DNA of 64,000 nt from an uncultured bacterium (GTDB lineage: Bacteria > Verrucomicrobiota > Kiritimatiellia > RFP12 > UBA1067). A program made the translations under genes and the position numbers. The notes beneath the pieces were generated by a model. The model was not told the DNA's origin. It was given only the letters and a program-made list of their open reading frames with translations, and ran no database searches. The DNA is taken from positions 14,932-78,931 of the forward strand of contig CADCCW010000001.1 in the NCBI GenBank assembly GCA_902800055.1, read 5' to 3'. Below are positions 8,518 through 16,385 of the stretch, in pieces (the stretch's first letter is position 1; each line of letters opens with the position of its first letter).

Positions 8518-9105
8518 TTAGTAGGGGAGCTTCACGAGACCAGAGAAGCCCATGAACGCGAGGCTCAGGAGGCCGCCGGTGACGAGCGCGATCGCCATGC
8601 CGCGGAAGCACCGCGGCGGATCGGCGTAGGCGAGCTTCTCGCGGATGCCGGAGAAGATGACGAGCGCGAAGCCGAAGCCGACGGCGGCGGAGAAGGAGAA
8701 GAAGACCGACTCGAAGAAGCCCGTGCCCTGCTTGCAGTTGATCTCCGCCGCGCCGAGGACGGCGCAGTTGGTGGTGATGAGCGGCAGGAAGATGCCGAGC
8801 GCCGCATGGAGCGGCGGCAGGAAGCGCTTCATCGCGATGTCGATGAACTGCACCAGCGAGGCGATCACCAAGATGAACGCGAGGGTGTGGATGTAGCCGA
8901 GGCCGAACGGCTGCAGCAGCCAGTGGTCGATCGCCCAGGCGACGGCCGAGGCCGCCGTCATCACGAACACCACCGCGCCCGACATGCCCAGCGCGGTCTC
9001 GGTCTTCTTCGAGACCCCGAGGAAGGGGCAGCACCCAAGAAACCGGCTGAGGACGAAGTTGTTCACCAGCACGGCGCCGACGAGAATCATCAGATAGTAG
9101 CTCAT
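8518..9105 (-). CDS. rnfA: Rnf electron-transport complex subunit A
   Basis: [46 protein letters not shown] and [22 protein letters not shown] follow the RnfA pattern closely rather than the RnfE pattern. Confidence 0.9.
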   Translation of the reverse strand: MSYYLMILVGAVLVNNFVLSRFLGCCPFLGVSKKTETALGMSGAVVFVMTAASAVAWAIDHWLLQPFGLGYIHTLAFILVIASLVQFIDIAMKRFLPPLHAALGIFLPLITTNCAVLGAAEINCKQGTGFFESVFFSFSAAVGFGFALVIFSGIREKLAYADPPRCFRGMAIALVTGGLLSLAFMGFSGLVKLPY

Positions 9106-9112
9106 GGCATGT

Positions 9113-9121
9113 ATTATACCA
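9113..9121 (-). promoter_or_regulatory. Extended -10 box TGGTATAAT, 7 nt upstream of the rnfA ATG (predicted leaderless transcript)
   Basis: The minus strand reads ...TTGATT-(17 nt)-TATAAT preceded by TG, then ACATGCC, then ATG. There is no room for a Shine-Dalgarno sequence. Confidence 0.5.
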
Positions 9122-9124
9122 TAT

Positions 9125-9155
9125 TTGCCGCGGGGAAATCAAAGTTCCGCGGCAA
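9125..9155 (-). terminator. Hairpin downstream of rsfS (9-bp perfect stem, 13-nt loop); weak U-tract
   Basis: TTGCCGCGG (9125-9133) pairs with CCGCGGCAA (9147-9155). On the transcript the hairpin is followed by AUAUGGUAUAAU, so it also abuts the rnfA -10 box. Confidence 0.3.
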
Positions 9156-9186
9156 AATCGCTTCGGCCGGAAAAGGCACCACAGCC

Positions 9187-9489
9187 CTATGGCTGAGCCC
9201 AGAGCTTCTCGAGCGCGTAGTAGGCGCGGGCCTCGGGCGAGAAGACGTGCACGACGACGTCCACGTAGTCCGCCACGATCCAGCCGCTCTCGGGGTCGCC
9301 GGAGACGCGGTACGCGCCCCTGGGCAGCGCCTTCACCAGCGCCTTCAGGTGCGGGGCTGCCGCGCCGGTCGCGACGACGAAGAAGTCCGCCAGCGACGAC
9401 TTGCCGCGGACGTCGTAGACCTTCACGTCGACGGCCTTCGCGTCCTCCAGCGCCTTCGCCGATTCCCTTGCCTGCTCCTCCGAAGTCAT
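9187..9489 (-). CDS. rsfS: Ribosomal silencing factor RsfS (iojap family)
   Basis: 100 aa. The sequence KAVDVKVYDVRGKSSLADFFVVATG...WIVADYVDVVVHVFSPEARAYYALEKLW matches the RsfS/iojap pattern. Confidence 0.85.
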   Translation of the reverse strand: MTSEEQARESAKALEDAKAVDVKVYDVRGKSSLADFFVVATGAAAPHLKALVKALPRGAYRVSGDPESGWIVADYVDVVVHVFSPEARAYYALEKLWAQP

Positions 9490-9499
9490 CGCCCCTCCT

Positions 9500-10993
9500 T
9501 CACTTCACCAGCGGACGGTCGAGCATCTTCTCGTAGAGCTCGATGTACTTCTTCGCGCACTCGGCGTGGTTGAAACGCTTGAGCGACTCCGCCATCACGC
9601 GCGCGATCTCGCGCTCCTTGACCTCCGGCGGCAGGTGGTAGAAGTCCATCGCCCGGTCCATCGCCCAGAAGAGGCCGTTGGAGTCGTAGGTGTCGAAGAT
9701 GAACCCGTTGCCGGTCGAGGCGTCGGGGTCGATCATCTCCACCGTGTCGTGGAGTCCGCCGGTGTTGTGCGCCACCGCGAGCGAGCCGTAGATCGGCGCC
9801 TGCATCTGGGGAAGCCCGCACGGCTCGAAGAGGGACGGCATCAGCGTGAAGTCCGACGCCGCGAAGCCGAGCTGCGAGAGGCGCCCGTCGAAGTCGTGCA
9901 CGCCGATGCGGGACTGCAGCCCGTGGAACTCGCGGATGTCCCAGAACGGCTGCTGGAACGGGCCGTTCGCGATGATGGCGAGCTGCGCATCGGGGTGCTT
10001 GTCGAGGAAGCGGTAGGTGATGTCGGTCAGGAGCTGCGGCCCCTTCTGAATCGGGTCGAGGCGGCTCGGCCAGAAGAAGAGCGCGCGGTCGGCGTTCTCC
10101 TCCAGCCCCAGCGCGTGCTGGAGCGCGAGCTTGTTCTTCCGCTTGGCCGCGGCGTGGTCCTCGGGACCGTACTTGAACGGGATCTTGTCGTCCGTCGCCG
10201 GGTTGTCCGCCGAGTCCGGCGCGTTGAGGATGCCCGCCGCGCAGCCGGCGTTGTACTTGTTGCGGATCTCGCTGCGGATCGAGTCCGGCACGAACGAGTG
10301 CCAGCCGTTGACGATCTCGGTGAGGAAGGTCGGCGAGACGGTGTTGATGAAGTGCGCGCCGAAGACGCCGGACGCCTGCAGGTCGATCTGGTTGCGGTCG
10401 CGCGACTCGAAGTAGTTGTACGGCGGATAGGAGTAGTAGAGGTGCATCCAGAACTCCGCCGCGTCGATGCCGGCGTCCTCGATCTGCGCGAGGGTGAGCT
10501 TCTGGGTGTGGATGTTGTGCACCGTGAAGAGGCACGGGATCCCCTCGCGCCGGGCGGCGGCGGGGACGAGGCCGGTCATCCAGTCGTTGCAGTGCACCAG
10601 GTCCGGCTGCACGCGGGGGATGATGTTGTTGATGACCTCGCGCTGGAACGCGAGCGCGAGCTTGATGTTGCCGTCGCCGCGCGAGTAGACGGTGTCGCGG
10701 TAGTAGAAGCAGCGGTCCTCGGCGAGGTGGATGCGCTCGTCGGGGAGGTGGCTCTTGTACTTCCGCAGCTCGTCGGCGACCAGCTGCGCGGTCTCGACGT
10801 GGAACATCCGCCGGTAGTGCGGCAGCGCCACGTGCACGTCGGCGCCGAGCTCGTGCAGCGCCTGCACCAGCGACGCCGAGACGTCGGCCATGCCGCCGGC
10901 CTTGGCGGACATCTTGCCGGCGAGGTTGCCCATTCCCTCCGGAAGATAGGTAATCTCCGGGGTGACGATCAGGATTCTCGGGTTCTTGGCCAT
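9500..10993 (-). CDS. glgA: Glycogen/starch synthase (GT5 family)
   Basis: The real start is MAKNPRILIVTPE at 10993; upstream track residues are a shadow. The KAGGMADV motif is the GT5 K-x-GGL-x-DV box. It is followed by HCNDWMTGLVPA and PSLFEPCGLPQM. Confidence 0.8.
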   Translation of the reverse strand: MAKNPRILIVTPEITYLPEGMGNLAGKMSAKAGGMADVSASLVQALHELGADVHVALPHYRRMFHVETAQLVADELRKYKSHLPDERIHLAEDRCFYYRDTVYSRGDGNIKLALAFQREVINNIIPRVQPDLVHCNDWMTGLVPAAARREGIPCLFTVHNIHTQKLTLAQIEDAGIDAAEFWMHLYYSYPPYNYFESRDRNQIDLQASGVFGAHFINTVSPTFLTEIVNGWHSFVPDSIRSEIRNKYNAGCAAGILNAPDSADNPATDDKIPFKYGPEDHAAAKRKNKLALQHALGLEENADRALFFWPSRLDPIQKGPQLLTDITYRFLDKHPDAQLAIIANGPFQQPFWDIREFHGLQSRIGVHDFDGRLSQLGFAASDFTLMPSLFEPCGLPQMQAPIYGSLAVAHNTGGLHDTVEMIDPDASTGNGFIFDTYDSNGLFWAMDRAMDFYHLPPEVKEREIARVMAESLKRFNHAECAKKYIELYEKMLDRPLVK

Positions 10994-10995
10994 GT

Positions 10996-12687
10996 TCACT
11001 CCACCGCGGCGACTACGTCGCCCTTGACTACCTGGGCGCCGTGCTTGGCGAGGAACGTGATCCTGCCGGACGCGGACGCCTTGATCGGGTTGAAAAGCTT
11101 CATCGCCTCGACGACGCACACCGCGTCGCCGGCCTTGACCTGCGCGCCGTCCGCCGCCAGCGGCGGCTTGCCGGGGGCGTCGCTGCGGTAGAAGGTGCCG
11201 TTGAGCGGCGCGAGGACCGGAGTGCCCTTCGCCGCCGCCGCGGGCTTCGCGGCGGGAGCGGCGGCAGCCGCGGTGGGCGCCGCGGCAGGCGCGGCGTTCG
11301 CGGCCTCCTCCTGGTCGGCGGGAATCGGCCCGCCCTCCTTACGCCACTTGAAGTAGCCGAGCGCGACCTCGGGGAAGAGCGCGTAGGAGAGGATGTCCTC
11401 CTCGGCGCGGATCGTGTTCGGCGGCAGTTCCGCCGCGGCCTTCTCGAGCCCCGGCCCGAGCAGGTCGGCGGGACGGCACGAAATCGGCTTCAGCCCGCCG
11501 CAGAGGCGCTTCCTCAGCTTCGGCGCGATCGGCGCCGGCGTCGCGCCGTAGTAGCCAGCGGCGTAGCGCTTCGTCTCGTCGGTCACCATCGAGTAGCGCT
11601 CGCCCGAGAGCACGTTGAGGACGCTCTGCACGCCCACGATCTGCGAAGTCGGCGTCACCAGCGGCGGATAGCCGAGGTCGGCGCGCGCGCGCGGCAGCTC
11701 GGCGAGCACCTCGTCGAGCCGGTCGAGCGCGCCCTGCTGGGCGAGCTGCGAGCGGAGGTTGGAGATCATGCCGCCGGGAATCGCGTGGACGAGCACGCCC
11801 GCGTCCACCGGCTCCACGCCGCGGGACGACGCCGGCTGGCGCTTTGCCTTCAGCTCGCGGAAGTACGAGTTGATCTTCGAGAGCGCCGCGCGGTCGAGCC
11901 CGCAGTCGTAGCCCTCGGACTCGAAGACGGAGAGCATCGACTCCACCGGCGGCTGGGACGAGAACGAGGAGAGCGTCGAGATCGCGCAGTCGAAGCAGCC
12001 CGCCCCGGCCTCAGCCGCCGCGAGGTACATCGCCGCGGCCATGCCGCTCGTCATGTGCGAGTGGATCTCCACCGGCATCTTCGGCATCGCGCGGCGCAGC
12101 GCCTTCACCAGCTCGCGCGCCGCGCCAGGGGTGAGGATGCCCGCCATGTCCTTGATCGCCAGCGAGTCGATGCCCATCGCCTCCTGCGCCTTGGCGAGCT
12201 CGACGTACTTCTCGACCGTGTGCACCGGCGAGGTGGTGTAGCAGAGCGTGCCCTGCGCGTGGCCGCCGTACTTCTTCACGCTGGCAACCGCGGTCTCGAG
12301 GTTGCGCGGGTCGTTGAGCGCGTCGAAGACGCGGAAGATGTCCATGCCGTTCTCGCACGCAAGCGCGACGAACCGCTCCACGACGTCGTCGGGATAGTGG
12401 CGGTAGCCGAGCAGGTTCTGGCCGCGGAGCAGCATCTGGAGCGGCGTCTTCCTGCACACCGCCTTGATGCGGCGGAGCCGCTCCCACGGATTCTCGCGCA
12501 GGAAGCGCATGCACACGTCGAACGTGGCGCCGCCCCAGCACTCGAGCGCGTAGTAGCCGGCGTTGTCAATGGCCTCGGCGATGCCCAAGATGTCGTCGGT
12601 GCGCATCCTCGTCGCCCACAGCGACTGGTGCGCGTCCCTGAGCGTCGTGTCGGTGATGCGCAGGACTTTCTTCTTCTCTTGCTTCAT
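10996..12687 (-). CDS. Oxaloacetate decarboxylase alpha / pyruvate carboxylase subunit B-type carboxyltransferase with C-terminal biotinyl domain
   Basis: The real start is MKQEKKKVLRITDTTLRDAHQSL at 12687. It has the HMGL-like TIM-barrel pattern, an Ala/Pro linker and the biotin attachment motif VVEAMKLFNPI. Confidence 0.85.
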   Translation of the reverse strand: MKQEKKKVLRITDTTLRDAHQSLWATRMRTDDILGIAEAIDNAGYYALECWGGATFDVCMRFLRENPWERLRRIKAVCRKTPLQMLLRGQNLLGYRHYPDDVVERFVALACENGMDIFRVFDALNDPRNLETAVASVKKYGGHAQGTLCYTTSPVHTVEKYVELAKAQEAMGIDSLAIKDMAGILTPGAARELVKALRRAMPKMPVEIHSHMTSGMAAAMYLAAAEAGAGCFDCAISTLSSFSSQPPVESMLSVFESEGYDCGLDRAALSKINSYFRELKAKRQPASSRGVEPVDAGVLVHAIPGGMISNLRSQLAQQGALDRLDEVLAELPRARADLGYPPLVTPTSQIVGVQSVLNVLSGERYSMVTDETKRYAAGYYGATPAPIAPKLRKRLCGGLKPISCRPADLLGPGLEKAAAELPPNTIRAEEDILSYALFPEVALGYFKWRKEGGPIPADQEEAANAAPAAAPTAAAAAPAAKPAAAAKGTPVLAPLNGTFYRSDAPGKPPLAADGAQVKAGDAVCVVEAMKLFNPIKASASGRITFLAKHGAQVVKGDVVAAVE

Positions 12688-12696
12688 ATCGTGCGT

Positions 12697-12705
12697 ATTA
12701 TAGCA
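12697..12705 (-). promoter_or_regulatory. Extended -10 box TGCTATAAT, 9 nt upstream of the oadA-like ATG
   Basis: The minus strand reads AAATATGCTATAATACGCACGAT-ATG. This is an AT-rich 9-mer in otherwise GC-rich DNA. Confidence 0.45.
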
Positions 12706-12733
12706 TATTTCCGTCGAAATTGGATGCCGAACA

Positions 12734-12764
12734 CTGGCTGCTGGTTGCTGGCTGCTGGCTGTTG
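12734..12764. repeat. Heptamer array CTGGCTG/CTGGTTG (4 units) bracketed by GAACACT direct repeats, upstream of the oadA-like gene
   Basis: gaacaCTGGCTGCTGGTTGCTGGCTGCTGGCTGttgaacact. GAACACT occurs at 12729-12735 and again at 12764-12770. Confidence 0.8.
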
Positions 12765-12770
12765 AACACT

Positions 12771-12786
12771 TCCAGCGCATGCGCTG
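12771..12786. promoter_or_regulatory. Perfect 16-nt palindrome CCAGCGCATGCGCTGG between xerD and the oadA-like gene
   Basis: The sequence is its own reverse complement. It lies about 85 nt upstream of the oadA-like ATG and 14 nt after the xerD stop. Confidence 0.35.
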
Positions 12787-12799
12787 GCTGCTAGCCAAT

Positions 12800-13705
12800 T
12801 CACGCTCGCGGGTGGTGCTGGCGGTGGACGGCGCCGAAGCCGGCGGCGTCGACGTGGGTGTAGATCTGGGTGGTGGAGATGTCGGCGTGGCCGAGCAGCT
12901 CCTGGATGGCGCGGATGTCGGCGCCGTGCGAAAGCATGTGCGAGGCGTAGGAGTGGCGCAGGACGTGCGGGGAGATGCGCTCGGGCGCGATGCCGACCGC
13001 GGCGGCGCGCTCGCGCACGATCTTGAAGATGCCCTGGCGGGTGAAGGGACGTCCGAGCCGCGTCAGAAAAACGCGCGTCTCCGAGGAATTGCCGCGGGCG
13101 AAGGTGCCGCGCGCGCCTTCAAGGTAGCGCGCGAGCGCGCGACCCGCCGCGCCGCCGACCGGCACCAGGCGGTCCTTCGACCCCTTGCCGCGGATGCGCA
13201 TCAGCTCTCCGTCGGCCTCGAAGTCGCCGATGGAAAGCGCCGCCGCCTCGCTCACGCGCAGTCCGCATCCGTAGAGCGTCTCGAGGAGCGCGCGGTCGCG
13301 CATGTCGCGCGGGTCGTCGCCGGCGACGGCGTCGAGCATCGCCGCAACCTCGGCCTCGGAAAGGACGCGCGGCAGCGTAAGCCCCTTGCGCGGCGAGTCG
13401 AGGAGGTCCGCCGGGTTCGCCTTGATCGCGCCGCGCGCGGCGAGGTGGCGCAGGAACGAGCGGATTGCCGCGGTGCGCCGCGCGCGCGTGCGCTCGGCGC
13501 GACCGGCCGCGCGCAGGGCGGAGAGGAAGGCGACGATGTCGTCGCGGGTGATGGCGGCGACGGACGCGACGCCGCGCGCGGCGAGGAAGGCGCCGAAGTC
13601 GCGCAGGTCGGAGATGTAGGCCGTGCAGGTGTTGCGCGAAAGTCCGCGCTCGAGCAGCAGCGAGGACTCGAACAGCCCGAGCTCAGAGTCTAAGCACGAA
13701 GTCAT
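12800..13705 (-). CDS. xerD: Site-specific tyrosine recombinase XerD/XerC
   Basis: ERGLSRNTCTAYISDLRDF, LYGCGLRVSEAAAL, HVLRHSYASHML and LLGHADISTTQIYTH supply the R..HxxR..Y catalytic set and the XerD-like N-terminus. Confidence 0.85.
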   Translation of the reverse strand: MTSCLDSELGLFESSLLLERGLSRNTCTAYISDLRDFGAFLAARGVASVAAITRDDIVAFLSALRAAGRAERTRARRTAAIRSFLRHLAARGAIKANPADLLDSPRKGLTLPRVLSEAEVAAMLDAVAGDDPRDMRDRALLETLYGCGLRVSEAAALSIGDFEADGELMRIRGKGSKDRLVPVGGAAGRALARYLEGARGTFARGNSSETRVFLTRLGRPFTRQGIFKIVRERAAAVGIAPERISPHVLRHSYASHMLSHGADIRAIQELLGHADISTTQIYTHVDAAGFGAVHRQHHPRA

Positions 13706-14501
13706 CGATAAGGTCGGCCATGCGTGGCTTGGCGGCTTCGGCGGCGGCGATCACGTCGGCGTGGCTCAGCGGCGTGCGCGCGATGCCGGCGGCGAGGTTG
13801 GCAACGAGCGAGATGCCGGCGAGCTTCATGCCGCACGCCTTCGCCACCACCGCCTCTGGCACGGTGGACATGCCGACGACGTCGGCGCCCTGCGCCTTGT
13901 AGGCCTGGATCTCCGCCGGCGTCTCGTAGGCGGGACCGGAGTTGTAGGCGTAGACGCCGTCCATCATCCGCAGGCCGAGGCGGTTGGCGCCAGCGTGGAG
14001 CAGGTCGGCGAGGTGCTTGGAGTAGACCGAGGTCATGTCCGGGAAGCGCTCGCCCCAGTCGGGGTTGTGCGGGCCGATGAGCGGAGTGACGCCGGCCAGG
14101 TTGATGTGGTCGCGCAGGACCACGAAGTCGCCGGCGCGCAGCGCGGGGTTGATGCCGCCGGAGGCGTTGGTGAGGAGCAGCGTCTGGCAGCCCATGCGCC
14201 GGAGCATCTCGACCGGCAGCACCACCGGCTCCCAGCCCGCTCCCTCGTACCAGTGGCGGCGGCCGCACCAGGCGGCGACGAGCCTGCCGCCGCGGCGGTA
14301 GAGCACGAACTCGCCGGCATGGCCCTTCACGGTGGAAGCGCCGAGGCCGGGGATGTCGGCGTAGGATATCCGCGCGACAACCTCGTCGGTCCTGAGCGAA
14401 TCGCCCCAGCCGCTGCCGAGCACAATGCCCAGCGCCGGCGGCTCCCGGAAGCACGCGTCGGGGAAAACCGCCGCGGCCGCGTCGAATGTCTGTCTGTTCA
14501 T
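13683..14501 (-). CDS. Purine nucleoside phosphorylase (trimeric PNP/PunA family)
   Basis: The real start is MNRQTFDAAAAVF at 14501. Motifs: GIVLGSGWG, VKGHAGEFV, GRRHWYEG, LLLTNASGGIN, GPAYETPAE and GADVVGMSTVPE. Confidence 0.85.
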   Translation of the reverse strand: MNRQTFDAAAAVFPDACFREPPALGIVLGSGWGDSLRTDEVVARISYADIPGLGASTVKGHAGEFVLYRRGGRLVAAWCGRRHWYEGAGWEPVVLPVEMLRRMGCQTLLLTNASGGINPALRAGDFVVLRDHINLAGVTPLIGPHNPDWGERFPDMTSVYSKHLADLLHAGANRLGLRMMDGVYAYNSGPAYETPAEIQAYKAQGADVVGMSTVPEAVVAKACGMKLAGISLVANLAAGIARTPLSHADVIAAAEAAKPRMADLIDDFVLRL

Positions 14502-14508
14502 GGCGTGT

Positions 14509-14517
14509 AGTCTACCA
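14509..14517 (-). promoter_or_regulatory. Extended -10-like box TGGTAGACT, 7 nt upstream of the PNP ATG
   Basis: The minus strand reads GGTATGGTAGACTACACGCC-ATG. Confidence 0.35.
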
Positions 14518-14608
14518 TACCCCGCCGCCGCGCGCAAGTGCCGCGGCAGCGCCTGGCCATGCCCATGGCCTGACGCCAATGAGGACGGCAATACGCCTTC
14601 CGGCCTTT

Positions 14609-14617
14609 TGCTAAAAT
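14609..14617 (+). promoter_or_regulatory. Extended -10 box TGCTAAAAT upstream of the integrase (35-nt leader with Shine-Dalgarno)
   Basis: The plus strand reads TTTTGCTAAAATTCCGCACC...AAAAGGAATGAACAG-ATG. Confidence 0.4.
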
Positions 14618-14652
14618 TCCGCACCTACGGAAACAGCAAAAGGAATGAACAG

Positions 14653-15909
14653 ATGGCAAGGCAAAAAGGCACCGGAAACCTGCAGCGGGAAAAGAGCGGA
14701 CTCTGGACTGTCCGCGTTGGAATCAACGGGCGGCGGATCAGCCGCTCGAGCGGCACCGCCGACCGCGGCGAGGCGGAGCGCTTCCTCGGGCGGCTGCTCT
14801 TCCCGCTGGGGCTCGGCGACGAAAGACTACCGCTCGCCGAGGCGTGGCACCGATACGAGATGTCACCCAAACGGCGCGACATCGCGCGCACCACGTTGAA
14901 GTCCAAGCGGTCGGCGTGGATGCGCTTTGCGCGCTGGATGGAGGCAAACCACCTCGAAATCGGCAGCCTCTCGGAAGTTACCGAGGAGGCGGTCGCGGAA
15001 TACCTCGCCGAACTGCGCTGCCGCCACTCCTCCGCCACTTACAACAACCATGTCTGCATCCTCAGGGAAGTCTTCCGCCTGCTCGCGGAACGGGGCTGCG
15101 TGGGCGCGAATCCGTGGGACGGCGTAAAGCTGCTCGCTGGCGATTCCGTCAGCCGGCGCGAGCTCACCCTCGACGAAGTGGAACGGCTCTACGCCGCCGC
15201 CGCGGAGGCTGGGCCGGAATGGCGGCTCCTCGTAACGACCGGCCTCTACACCGGGCTCAGGCTCGGCGACTGCTGCCGCCTTACGTGGGCAAACGTCGAC
15301 TTCGGGCGGCGGACCATCCAGGTCATACCCGAGAAGACGAAGCGCCACATGCACGGCTGTCCGGTGACGATCCCCATCCACCCGCAGCTCCTCGCCGAGC
15401 TGAAGGCGCTTTACGCCGCGGCGGGTGCCGACGCGGACTACGTCAACCCGGCCGCCGCGGAAATGTACCTCAGGCACAACTGGGAAATCGACGACGGGCT
15501 GCGGCGGATCTTCAAGCGGGCGAACATAACCATGAGCGTCCGCATGGAAGGACGCAGCCGGCGAAGCGTCCTCGCCTCATTCCACAGCCTGCGGCACACC
15601 TTCGTCTCGCTCTCCGCCAACGCCGGAGTACCGCTCGCGGTGGTGCAGTCAATAGTCGGCCACTCGTCGACCGCGATGACGCGCCACTACTACCACGAGA
15701 ACGAGGAGGCGCTCCGCCGCGCCGTCGAGTCGATCCCGGCGATTGGCGCGGCATCGCCGGGGCCTGTCCCCGACGCGCCGACACGGCCAGCCGCACCAGC
15801 CGAATCGCCTGCGCGGCGGCTCAAGCGGCTCGCCCGCCTGCTCGCGCAAGGGCTGGTCAGCGACGCGGAATACGCCGCCGTCCGCACGCGCATCCTCGCC
15901 GGACTATAG
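14653..15909 (+). CDS. Phage-type tyrosine integrase with C-terminal SHOCT-like tail
   Basis: The real start is MARQKGTGNLQRE at 14653, preceded by an AAAGGAA Shine-Dalgarno. Catalytic pattern: GLRLGDCCRL, FHSLRHTF, GHSSTAMTRHYYH. The extreme C-terminus LKRLARLLAQGLVSDAEYAAVRTRIL resembles a SHOCT motif. Confidence 0.8.
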   Translation: MARQKGTGNLQREKSGLWTVRVGINGRRISRSSGTADRGEAERFLGRLLFPLGLGDERLPLAEAWHRYEMSPKRRDIARTTLKSKRSAWMRFARWMEANHLEIGSLSEVTEEAVAEYLAELRCRHSSATYNNHVCILREVFRLLAERGCVGANPWDGVKLLAGDSVSRRELTLDEVERLYAAAAEAGPEWRLLVTTGLYTGLRLGDCCRLTWANVDFGRRTIQVIPEKTKRHMHGCPVTIPIHPQLLAELKALYAAAGADADYVNPAAAEMYLRHNWEIDDGLRRIFKRANITMSVRMEGRSRRSVLASFHSLRHTFVSLSANAGVPLAVVQSIVGHSSTAMTRHYYHENEEALRRAVESIPAIGAASPGPVPDAPTRPAAPAESPARRLKRLARLLAQGLVSDAEYAAVRTRILAGL

Positions 15910-15936
15910 TTCCCTTCAGAATGCTCAGGAAAGCGG

Positions 15937-16272
15937 CTATGAGACCTTGGTGAGGAGTTCGCCGCCAAGGCGCAGGGCGGAGACGGCGAGCGAGAGGTTG
16001 TTCCCGGCCTGCTGCGCCTCGACGAGCAGGGTGTTGTAGTCGTTCTCGTTGAGCGCGACGATGGATTCGACCAGCTTCTTGTCCAGGAGCCCCATGTTGA
16101 GCGTCGCGTGGCGGACCATCGCGCCGGAGAGGTGCTCGCCCTCGCCGAGGTTCATCGCCTGCTCGGCCCGCGAGAGGTTGTAGGCGATGGCATCGAGCAT
16201 CGTGGCGCGCTTGGCCTTGACCGAGCCCCACTTCGGGTCGTTGTCCGGGCGCGGCGACGGCACGAGGAACAT
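15937..16272 (-). CDS. Hypothetical protein (possibly the 3' part of a frameshifted gene)
   Basis: Third codon positions are almost entirely G/C in this frame and the amino-acid composition is normal (N, K and E rich, helical). No recognisable family. See the finding on a possible frameshift near 16270. Confidence 0.5.
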   Translation of the reverse strand: MFLVPSPRPDNDPKWGSVKAKRATMLDAIAYNLSRAEQAMNLGEGEHLSGAMVRHATLNMGLLDKKLVESIVALNENDYNTLLVEAQQAGNNLSLAVSALRLGGELLTKVS

Positions 16273-16385
16273 CGAGGTGGCGCGCCATCGTCACCTCCGC
16301 GCCGCCCACCTTCAGCGTCTTCAAGGTGCCGGGCTTGGCGGAATCGAGTTCGCGGCGGGGCGGAAGGTTACAACACGGCGCGGGG

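Noticed and set aside
8518-9105. Possibility that this ORF is rnfE rather than rnfA, which would fill the missing subunit
   Set aside because: The N-terminal [19 protein letters not shown] and the C-terminal [10 protein letters not shown] are RnfA-type. RnfE proteins have a different conserved N-terminal box (NP.LVQ.LGLCP-type).
11221-11300. GC-rich low-complexity stretch in the oadA-like gene as another repeat cassette
   Set aside because: It encodes the Ala/Pro-rich flexible linker that normally precedes the biotinyl domain in this enzyme family. It has no fixed short period.
14502-14652. tRNA or tmRNA integration target next to the integrase
   Set aside because: Reading both strands of the 151-bp spacer, I found no acceptor-stem/T-arm pairing or GTTCRANNC-type T-loop. 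No tRNA-like structure was seen anywhere else in the window either.
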